Shown one piece after another: positions 33,831-43,286 of a DNA stretch of 43,286 nucleotides. The translations under genes were made by a program, and so were the position numbers. Under the pieces are notes generated by a model. That model saw only the letters and a list, made by a program, of their open reading frames with translations, did not search any database and was not told the DNA's origin. The DNA is from Octopus bimaculoides (Eukaryota). Position 1 is the first letter of the stretch, and each line of letters begins with the position of its first letter. The stretch lies in the NCBI RefSeq assembly GCF_001194135.2, contig NC_069002.1, forward strand, positions 3,621,661-3,664,946, given 5' to 3'.

Positions 33831-34354
33831 ACCTTAAAAACACACACATACACTCATGTACACACATTGCATACACACAGCCACACAGACAGGTAGAGAA
33901 AAGTAACATGGCTGTGAATTCTGCTTGAATAATAAGTACATAGTTTTAATGTAAGAATATTAATTCTGAAAATATTCCAGCGAACGAGTGAAATTAGGAA
34001 ACTCAAACTAATGTTTCGTGATAATTTTCAATCACTTCCAGTTTAGGTAGCAATAAATGTGAAGTGGTTGCTAAAAATAGTGCAGAATATTAGTGTTAAA
34101 TAGTTTAGTGATTCTTCTAATGCATGCGTAGGGAAGATAATAGCATGGCCAATCATAATTTTCTATAATCAATAAATCACATTTTGTTTACATCCCCCAT
34201 GGATAAATGATTAAAAATCAATAAATAAGTCAAGTGCTAATAGACAGAAGTCAAGCAACACGAAAGAAAGAAGTGTTTCTCAGTGTCAGCCTGCATCAAG
34301 TTCATCTTAAAAAGCAACAAGAGGAACAAAATGAAATTAAGAGAAACGAATTAG

Positions 34355-34460
34355 GTGTAAGCATGGCTGTGTGGTAAGAAGTTTGCTTCCCAACCACATG
34401 GTTTCAGGTTCAGTCCCTTTGTATGGCACCTTGGGCAAGTGTCTTCTATTATAGACCAAG
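34355..34460 (+). mobile_element. SINE family A head
   Basis: gcatggctgtgtggtaagaagtttgcttcccaaccacatggtttcaggttcagtccc...accttgggcaagtgtcttcta. Confidence 0.85.
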
Positions 34461-34876
34461 ACCAAGATCTGAAATTAGTCCTAAAGGCTGCAGCAAAACT
34501 GGTCAGTTTTGTCAAATCAAAATTACTAAATGGCAGTGCTGGTGCTGGTGTGGTACTCCTTCAATTAGCAATCACCACAGAACCTTGTATGGGATACGGT
34601 ACCCATTTGACCATCTTTCTGTTTTGGTAATGGATAAAATAAGTCAGAAGGTTGACACATGTAGGACTCTGTTAGAAAGTTCATGCAGTAATTAATGAAT
34701 TAACAGCTAAGATTTATTTTAATGAACACCTCTCTCCACTCTCCTTGTAGAATATTCTATTAGGCATGGGTGTGTGGTTAAGAAGCATGCTTCCTAATCA
34801 TTGGGTCTCAGGTTCGATCTGTGTGGTACTTTGTCTCCTGCTACAGCCCTAGGCCAAGTATATATATACATCTTAA

Positions 34877-35025
34877 TATTGGGTTGGTGCACAATTATTG
34901 TAGCTTTTTTTTAACAAAAACATCTTAAAATGACGGTCCGACCGTCTGCCAAGAAAATGGGAGGCAGTAATTGAAGTAGATGGTGAATATGCTCGGGAAT
35001 AATCATTTAAAGATGCTTTTGTTAC
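34877..35025 (+). mobile_element. Mariner internal-deletion remnant
   Basis: TA plus ttgggttggtgcacaattattg (Hsmar1-type TIR pattern TTAGGTTGGTGCAAAAGTAATTG) joined to a transposase C-terminus-like peptide DRLPRKWEAVIEVDGEYARE* (34940-35002); no right TIR seen. Confidence 0.7.
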
Positions 35026-36002
35026 ATGTCCGCCTGTCTGTCTGTTCCCTTTTCAAAGTCAAACGGCTCGACTAATGGTTACGATGTTTTTCGGGAGTAC
35101 GAAGGAGGTAACCAGGAAGGTTTTTAGCAAAAAAAAATTGGAAAAAGTATGATTGTTTAGTGGATATTGGGGGCAATTGTTCAGTTTACGGGCGTAAAAA
35201 AAAATTAAGGGAGGCGTAACTAATTAAGGAAGCAAAGGGAAGTAAGTCGATTTACTTTTAATCATACAGCATCGAAACAGTGAGCAAATATTTTATTCCT
35301 CTCTTATAATTACGCAATATAAATTTGTGCAAATCCGAAACGAACAAAGCCTCTGAAGTGCCGAATTGACGGCATAATCTGCATTTAACATGCATCCACA
35401 TGTTTCCGAGGTTTTCTTCATGTACAACCACCTGGTGGGTGTATACGCCACCGTTTAAAATTCCGATATTATGATACAATAATAATGAAATTATTGTATA
35501 CAGTGCACAGGTGCGCGACAGCCATCATTTATTACGTGAATCCTTGTCAGAATCCGTCGTTGAATTAATGATGTCAAAGTCTGCTCAGAACAATCAGGTA
35601 CTTCCACTAAGAAACATTTCTTTTTTTTTTTAGCCTGTAAACTGAACTGTTACCGATATTGAATTTCGTATTAATAAATCACCTTTGATTTTTTTTTGTT
35701 TTGTTTTGTTAAAATTCCGGCGACAAAGATTAACTCTGGATCCCCCCACACCATATAGTTCGAGAATTCAGAGGGTTTAGATTTATTTCCTATCATAGAT
35801 GGGCAGATTCCTAAAGATTCCACTCGCGCATTCACAGCAAAGACACCTGGCCAGACTTTAGATCGTGTGGGTGTGTTTTTACCCATTCCCTTGTTTACGA
35901 TCGGCTAGTTTATACGTCTCTGTGAATAGAGCAATTGACTCCAGTAATTTGAAAATTAGTGTCAACCAAACAGAAAATATCGTCTGCAAAGAAGGTTTGT
36001 AA
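35026..36002 (+). mobile_element. Second, older Helitron-derived remnant (5' region plus decayed helicase C-terminus)
   Basis: 35849 onward: GQTLDRVGVFLPIPLF..G*LYVSVNRAIDSSNLKISVNQTENIVCKEGL* (one frameshift), equivalent to SQGQTL..G..L....FSHGQLYV..SR...T.NIVYKEVL. 35026-35110 resembles the tgtctgtctg..aaacggct start of non-autonomous Helitron/DINE-like elements. Confidence 0.7.
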
Positions 36003-36895
36003 TTATATTATCGAAAGGAATATCATTCGTAATTTAAATAAGGACATTTGGGAACTTTGAATATAAGAATGTAAACAAGCGTAAAATAGTGTAAACAACT
36101 AAAATAAAAGTACATCTAAACAACGTAGTCAAGATTATTTGCCAACATAATATAGCAGTCCTGGTTAAGACAAATGTTACTGTCATTTAGCCCCCAGGAA
36201 ACTTCGTCGCCATAAATAGAATGACCGTAGGATTGCACATAGAAAGTTCCCCTGCAAGGCACAAGTCCAGGCAAGGACTTGTGATAAAATAAGTACCAGT
36301 TGAGCACTGGGGTTAATGTAATCGGCTCGCTTCCTCTCCACAAAATTCAGGTTTTATGCCTATAGTAGAAAGAATTATTAACACTTTGGAAGGCATTAAG
36401 CTGGCAGAACCATTAGCACATCGGACGAAGTGCTTAACGGCATCTTTTCTGACTTTACGTTTTGAGTTCAAATGCCACCAAAGTCAGCTTTGCTTTTCTT
36501 TTTCTTTTTTTTTTTGAGAGGTCAATAAAATAAGTACCATGTGCCAAAATTTGAAACCATTATTGACCTTATGTAGTTGTTGTTTTGATTAAGCAGATGT
36601 GATCATAGACTTTCCAGTTGTGCCCACCTCTTCTTTTATTCAGTTATATAATTACATCTATAATTGCCTTACTCTAATGTGTCCTTATTTGCTAGGTGTG
36701 TGGTTTGGGGAAGAGGGGGGGTAAGGTGGCTGTGATTTTTAACCAATCGAGTGACCACATTGTTGGTGTCTCAATGAGATTGACTGATGATGCTAATGAT
36801 GATGATGATCTACAAATGATTGCAGGCATTTATCAAAGGATTTCTCTCTCCCCACCCCCACCCCCTCTCTATCTCATTGTTTTCTTTTCTTTCTC

Positions 36896-37697
36896 TTTTC
36901 TTTCTTTTCTCTCACCCAGTGTTTGTACATCTTGGTGTGTGTCTGCACGGACGAAATACTGCTAAGCATTTTGCCCCGCATGCTAACATTTCTGCCAGCT
37001 CGCCGAATTTGTTTTATGAATGAATTTCTTCTATGTACACACTGCCCTCAACACGCTGCTTTTAGTGTACATGGTGCTCAGCACACTACCCTCTACACAC
37101 TGTTGCTTTATACACATAGCTCTCTCTACAAAGTGCTGAAGAGTTCCTGACTTTGAGTAAAAGAAAATACAGGTGGATCTGTTAATTGCGATTTTATTGA
37201 ACATATTCCCCTCTAGGATTCACACACTTATTGCAGTGGTCCTTCAGTTTTTCTAAGCTCTATAAAAGAACTTNNNNNNNNNNNNNNNNNNNNNNNNNNN
37301 NNNNNNNNNNNNNNNNNNNTTTTCTTTCTTTTCTCTCACCCAGTGTTTGTACATCTTGGTGTGTGTCTGCACGGACGAAATACTGCTAAGCATTTTGCCC
37401 CGCATGCTAACATTTCTGCCAGCTCGCCGAATTTGTTTTATGAATGAATTTCTTCTATGTACACACTGCCCTCAACACGCTGCTTTTAGTGTACATGGTG
37501 CTCAGCACACTACCCTCTACACACTGTTGCTTTATACACATAGCTCTCTCTACAAAGTGCTGAAGAGTTCCTGACTTTGAGTAAAAGAAAATACAGGTGG
37601 ATCTGTTAATTGCGATTTTATTGAACATATTCCCCTCTAGGATTCACACACTTATTGCAGTGGTCCTTCAGTTTTTCTAAGCTCTATAAAAGAACTT
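36896..37697 (+). repeat. Identical 378-bp duplication (36896-37273 and 37320-37697) around a 46-N gap
   Basis: No mismatch seen; the copies end and start exactly at the gap. Probably an assembly overlap artefact. Confidence 0.93.
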
Positions 37698-37740
37698 GGA
37701 AAGTTGGGCCTCCAACCAGGTCTTTTAGCACCCCCTCATA
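37551..37740 (+). mobile_element. Mariner-type MITE, ~190 bp
   Basis: Left end tacaaagtgctgaagagttcctg and right end ccaggtcttttagcaccccctcata are degenerate TIRs (consensus suggested by the 23787 copy: gggggtgctgaaaagtt.ctgg); TA at both ends. Confidence 0.7.
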
Positions 37741-37844
37741 GATTGCTCTCTACACAGCTTTCTACACATGGTTCTCTCTAGACATTACTGCTTTATATAC
37801 GTTACCCTTTACCTACTACATTATACACACAGCTCTCTACATCC

Positions 37845-38350
37845 TGCAACTACCATGGCCACCACTACTTCTACAATCACCACCATTACTACTACTACTA
37901 CCACCACCATCACAATACAGCTACTGCCACCACCACTGCTACTGCAACCACTACCACTGCTACCGCCACCACTACTATTACTATTACTACCACCACCACT
38001 ATTATTGCTACTACTGCCACTATCGCTACCTCTACCATCACTGCTACTTCTCCTCCTACCACTACCCCTTACTACTGCTACCACCACTAGTACTGCTAGT
38101 GTCACCACCACTACTTCTACTACCACCACCACCACAACTGCTTCAGCCACCATCACTAATTACTACCACAATCACCATCGCTACTTCTACCACCACTACA
38201 ACCAGCATCACCACTGTTACCACTGCCACCACCACCATTACTACTACTACTACCACCACCACCATAACAACTGCTACTACTACTACTACTACTGCTGCTG
38301 CTCCACCACCACCACCACCACCACCACTACTACTACTTCTACTACAGCAT
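37845..38350 (+). repeat. Degenerate (CTA/CCA)n trinucleotide low-complexity tract
   Basis: Direct reading; same repeat type as 16434-17240 on the opposite strand. Confidence 0.95.
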
Positions 38351-38699
38351 TGTATTCTAAGAATTCTCTCAGTTCATTCATCCCGTTTCTTCCAATTTTC
38401 CTCATAATGTTGTTGTTATTGTTGTTTACATAATCTCTTATCTTGTATCAAGCTGGGTCTTTCTTCACCTTTTTCTTCTTTTTTTTCTTTTCTTTTTCTT
38501 CCTATTATTTCCTTGGCAGAAATGAGGGAAAGAAAGAGGAAATGAAGACAGTTATTTTCCTCTCGACACTAATGGAAATGAAACAGCTTCTCTTAAAAAC
38601 TGCCTACACGCCTATCCTTCTTATCCTTCCCTCCCACACACACACGCACACTATCTTACGTTGTTTGTCCTCTGGCGTATTTCACCTGCTTCTGCCCTT

Positions 38700-38880
38700 G
38701 GCAGATTGGTAGAATACTTAAGAGCGCTGAATAAAAATGCCTTGCAGTGTTTTGAGTTCAAATTCCACCAAGGTCAACTCTGCCTCTTTATCCTTTTGCA
38801 ATTGATAAAATAATTTACCAGCACTGGAGTCAATTTGAGTTGACCTTCTCTGCAAATTTCTGGCCATGTGCCAAAATTTG
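38700..38880 (+). mobile_element. SINE family B, diverged
   Basis: ggtagaatactta...ttttgagttcaaattccaccaaggtcaactctgcc...gataaaataatttaccagcactggagtc. Confidence 0.65.
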
Positions 38881-38886
38881 AAACCA

Positions 38887-38935
<49 letters not shown>

Positions 38936-39174
38936 CATCATCTCTGTCATCCTTTCTGCCACTTATTTTTTCTTTTTACCTTTGTATGCTATGCATATGT
39001 CCCTTTTTTCAGTGTATACCATGTCAACTTTTTTCTTTCATTTCATTATATGTAAAACCCCACACTTTATGTCTGTCTTTGTATTGTTCCCTCATCCTTT
39101 CCCCTTGCGGTAAATAAATGAAATCATCATCATCATCATCATTACTATCGTTATTATTATTATTATTATTATAT

Positions 39175-39360
39175 AAGGTGGTGAGCTGGCAGAATCATTA
39201 GCACACTGGACAAAATGCTCAGTGATATTTCATCTGTCACTACGTTCTGAGTTCAAATTCCGCCGAGATCGACTTTGCCTTTCATCCTTTCGGGGTCGAT
39301 GAATTAAGTACCAGTTATATTCTGGGGTCAATCTATTCAACTGGATCCTCCCCCAAGATT
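39175..39360 (+). mobile_element. tRNA-derived SINE family B (best-preserved copy)
   Basis: aaggtggtgagctggcagaatcattagc (A-box-like)...gagttcaaattcc (B-box-like)...gtcgatgaattaagtaccag. Confidence 0.9.
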
Positions 39361-39630
39361 TCAAGTGTCATCTACTATAGTCCTTGGTTGATCAATGTCT
39401 TGTAAATGAAGTTGATAAACAAAAACTGTATGGAAACACATTGTGTGTGTGTGTGTGTGTGTCCACTCACCATTTGACAACCAGTAACTTAGTGGTTCAG
39501 CAAAAGATATTGATAGAATAAGTACGAGACTTGAAAAAAACAATAAGTATTGGGACTAATTTGTTCAGCTAAAACCCTGCAAGGTGATGCCCCAGCATGG
39601 CCACAGTTCAATGACTAGAAAGATGAAAGA
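39361..39630 (+). mobile_element. SINE family A body/3' part, diverged
   Basis: tcaagtgtcatctactatag..., (TG)n, gatagaataagtacg, gatgccccagcatggccacag. Confidence 0.7.
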
Positions 39631-41264
39631 AAAGACATATTTATGGTGGCATCTGTCAGTCTAGCAAGACTATAGAGATTAGTTTGGGTGGGGTTGGGGG
39701 AGGAGGAATGAAGAACATTATGCGGAATTGATTGCCAAGTCCAATTCTCAGCTTGCAGACTTGACCAAAGAACTGATGCTTCATATGTGGTTTATTGCAT
39801 ATAGATTTTCTTTGAGATGACATAAATTCCTGATGTCAGCTTTGTTCATTCAAGCCTTATGAAAGTTTTCTTTGACTTAATCCCTGCAACACTTGCCGTT
39901 TCCATAGAGTCCTGTTGTCTCTGTGACTACTTTTCTGGTGGCAGATTGGATATTGATCATCTTTGTGTTATGCATGCAAACACACAGTGACATATGTACA
40001 TGCATACACACACACACACCTGTGTGTATGTGTGTTTATATATGTCAGTATAAATTTATATATTATTATTATGATCCTTTACAAAACCTTTTTTCCAAAT
40101 TTTAAGCCCCAAAAACTTGAGGGTTCCTTATACACATTAAAATACAGTAAATCTTGTGTGTAGTAGACATGTCTTGTGCCAGTTTTAACCAGTTAATTTG
40201 CTTGGGTATTGTATTAATGAGTAGTGTCCTCTCACATAGAACCGTATCATGAAAGGTGTTTATTTTTGAATGTGTGTGTATATGTGTGTGTGTATGTTTA
40301 TATATATATATATACATATGTATATATATCCATATATATATATATATATAAGCACCATCATTTAACACCCGTCTTGCACACATACATACGCACACATATA
40401 TATAAATACACACGTGTGTGTGTGTGTGTGTGTGTGTGTAAACAGGTTTGTCTTGAGAAAAGCTAAAGAGTAGTTAAACAACAACAACAACAACAACAGA
40501 AATCCAGAAATAAAAAGAAAACAAACACAGAAAAAAAAAATAGGAAAAAATAAACAAATGTCATGTTATTCAAATTCAACAAATCTGTTATTAAATTATT
40601 TTTATTGAATCAATCATGAATGCAGTTCTGGTTTTTGTTCTCTGCTTTTTCTTTTTCTTGTTTTTTTTGTTTTGTTATTTTGTTTCTGATTTTTTTTTTT
40701 GTATTTTTTTATTCTCTCTATTTCTTGTTTCGTTCTGTTTTTTTTTTCTTTTGCGACTTTTTTTTTTTTTCTTGTTGCATTTTTTTGTTATCTTCTTCAA
40801 TTCCTTTCAATGTCATTTGCCACAAAATTCAATGAAATTCTTGTTGATAGCGTTGCCGAAATCTGTGCAAAGTAGCAGTGGAGCTTAAAGACTCGAACGA
40901 TGCAGCTATATATCTGTGCATTAATTATTGGTTTCTGCATTAAACCTCCACATCTGCTCCTGTCTGTTCACTTGTAACATTGATGTTTTTCTTTTTTTTC
41001 ATTTATTCTTCAAAACCATGTAACACAGACATATTGCGTTCTTACAATTGAAGATTCGACACAAAGATGATATAAAATTCTGCAAGCAGACACGTAGCCA
41101 TTTTGTTAAATACTTGTCTTTATTCTATTGAAATCTTGCTTTCATGAGGTCACAATTTTTGCTTTCGTTTTTCTCTTAGAATATATTTATTCAAAGTAAC
41201 AGAATACCTGTAAAATTAGGGCGTAGATATTCAAAGAAAAGTTTTTTAATAAAATTTCCAATTT

Positions 41265-41370
41265 ATCTTAGGTGTAAGTATGGTTCTGTGGTTAAAAAGT
41301 TCACTTTGCAACCAAATGATTTCAGGTTCCGTCCCACTATGCGGCACCTTGGGCAAATGTCTTCTAATTT
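41265..41370 (+). mobile_element. SINE family A head
   Basis: gtatggttctgtggttaaaaag...ggttccgtcccactatgcggcaccttgggcaaatgtcttct. Confidence 0.8.
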
Positions 41371-41459
41371 GGAAGACGGAAGCAACTTCTCTAATGCTTA
41401 CTAATGCTTCTCATATAACAAAAAAATCTCCTCCATCACCTTCAAATTGTGAGGACAGG

Positions 41460-42240
41460 CCCTGTAAGACAATCCGGTTCACATCCAATCTTTCATTAGC
41501 ATTAATTTAAATATTGTCAGAAATTTCCTAACATTTTCCCACTAACCACTGCTACAGAAAACTGTTCAGAAGTAACATTCTAAAATTGAGATATAACTGT
41601 ACCTACTGAAAGTAACCTAATATTTAGCCAGATTATATAAAGGGAAAAGTTCAGTAATGAAGTATATTTAGAATGAACACTTGGAAGGAAATCAAAATTG
41701 TGCTGAAAGATAATAGGAAATTACGAAAGGAATAAATATATATTGATATACATACATTAAGTTTGTGTATAGATAAAAAAAACTCAAGTGAAAATGTAAA
41801 GGATGAATTCAAAATTGGAAAACTGTGTAAAGGTGAAATGAAATATTAAATAATGATAATGATAATAAATGATAATGATAAATAGTGACAAAAAAATTAA
41901 AGAGTTAAATTTTATCTATTCAAAAATAGTATATAAAGATTAGAGACTGCTAAAAATAGCACTAATTGAAAATTTAATTATAGCAGTATGATGTTGAATA
42001 AAAATAGTAATTGGTGTGAATTAAATTAGGTAAAGATGGAAAAGAAAAATAATAACTTTAGATGAAGTAATTAATTGGAAGAAATAAATAAGAACTCGAA
42101 AATATATCTTGGGATTAGAGTAAAAGTGATATTGTTTTAGAGATTTTTCTAAGTATAAGGAAAATAAGATTTTAAATAAAATGGAGCAAATATCTAAGGG
42201 TAAGTTTACCATAAAAGATGACTATACAAACATTTTCAAA
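41460..42240 (+). mobile_element. Decayed Penelope-like retroelement (RT-endonuclease linker to GIY-YIG C-terminus)
   Basis: HFPTNHCYRKLFRSNILKLRYNCT (41532-41603) resembles the Penelope KHFP..H...KIFN..T.KLSYSC motif, preceded by an I.F...S.....NI...FL-like stretch; 42070-42200 INWKK..R..Y..G...YC......KYKENKILNK resembles the Penelope C-terminus. Many stops and frameshifts. Confidence 0.55.
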
Positions 42241-42449
42241 TAAAATGGATTTATTTCAAAATAAATATGGAAAAGGAGTTACAGAGATGGCTAAGCAGAT
42301 ACATGGGATATTGCTTTATAAAAAACGATATGGTTTCAAGTTCAATCTCACTATAATAATAATAAATATTATAATAATAAATAGTATTCCAGCATGAAAC
42401 ATGAATGTTAATTGATGATGATGATGGTTTTATATGTATGCACCGTCGT

Positions 42450-42550
42450 CGTCGTTGTTTAAACGTCTGCTTTCCATGCTAGCATGGGTTGGACGATTTG
42501 ACTGAGGACTGGTGAACCAGATGGCTATACCAGGCTGATTTGGCAGAGTT
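42450..42550 (-). mobile_element. Family C retroposon 3' end
   Basis: gtttaaacgtctgctttccatgctagcatgggttggacgatttgactgaggactgg. Confidence 0.8.
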
Positions 42551-42599
42551 GGAGTGGTGTATATATCTGTGTGCTTGTGTGTGTGTGTGTTGATTAAAT

Positions 42600-42730
42600 A
42601 GCCAGGGTTTTATGGCTAGCACCATACTCTGTACATGTTCAGCATTTGTAGACACACACGCACACACAGTGGGTTTGAACTCAAAACTATATGATTGAGA
42701 GACAAACTTCTTACCACACAGCCACACTTG
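42600..42730 (-). mobile_element. SINE family A head, diverged
   Basis: gggtttgaactcaaaactatatgattgagagacaaacttcttaccacacagccacac is the reverse complement of the family A head. Confidence 0.7.
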
Positions 42731-42732
42731 CA

Positions 42733-42764
<32 letters not shown>

Positions 42765-43286
42765 AAATCCAATATCAATTCATATTTATACCACATGCTA
42801 CATCATCATCTGTCTCTTCAGTTCTGATACAAATAAACTTATCTATTTAGGACTCACAGTTTTTGCACAACCCTTCTTGTTTCTTTAGATCTGGTTGAGT
42901 ATTGGCAGCTAATGTTTCATGTTTATATTATCATAACCTGTATCATCCGCTCGGCATCTGTTTCTTCATGCTTGTACGGTTTAGATGCATCAGTCTAACC
43001 ATGGCCATCACTAAGGTAGTTGTTTAATGGTATGATGATGGCATTAATTGTATCAAAACACGAGTAAATGATTTGTCTCTACTTTGAGCCCTGTTTGTCT
43101 TTGATCTGGTAAACAGAGGCACATATATCTATACATATGCCTAAATATCTGCATACACACATATATATATGGTATATATAATCATGGTATATATATATTA
43201 TACACACACATAATCACCACAGTATGTATATATATGATATTCATCATGGTGTATGTATGTGTGTGTATATATATATATATATATAT

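Noticed and set aside
40820-40930. Short protein-like frames after the T-rich tract
   Set aside because: Under 35 codons on either strand, with no splice or homology support.

Overview
Eukaryotic, AT-rich, repeat-dense genomic DNA with seven N-gaps, most of them flanked by microsatellites. The SINE families and microsatellite load resemble an octopus or other coleoid cephalopod genome (inference from recognised repeat motifs, not a database result). No intact host protein-coding gene is supportable. The only long real ORF (11310-12518, minus) is the PIF1-family helicase half of a Helitron. It has a recognisable 3' hairpin+CTAG end at 10612 and a lesioned upstream part, and it is fused at its truncated 5' end to a tRNA-derived SINE head. 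Other transposon content: a second, older Helitron remnant (35026-36002), a probable non-autonomous Helitron (28526-28910), a hAT MITE with 8-bp TSD, mariner-type remnants/MITEs, a 300-bp foldback element, decayed Penelope-like and LINE fragments, and many SINE copies (provisional families A-D). A few unique stretches have splice-like signals (3025-3440, 13667-13782, 30596-30643) that might belong to a long-intron host gene. I found no convincing novel biological system; the best leads are the SINE-Helitron chimera, the inverted-repeat-bracketed cassette inside the second Helitron, and the candidate 48-nt mini-exon. Family letters A-D are my own labels, and SINE boundaries are approximate (about +/-15 bp).
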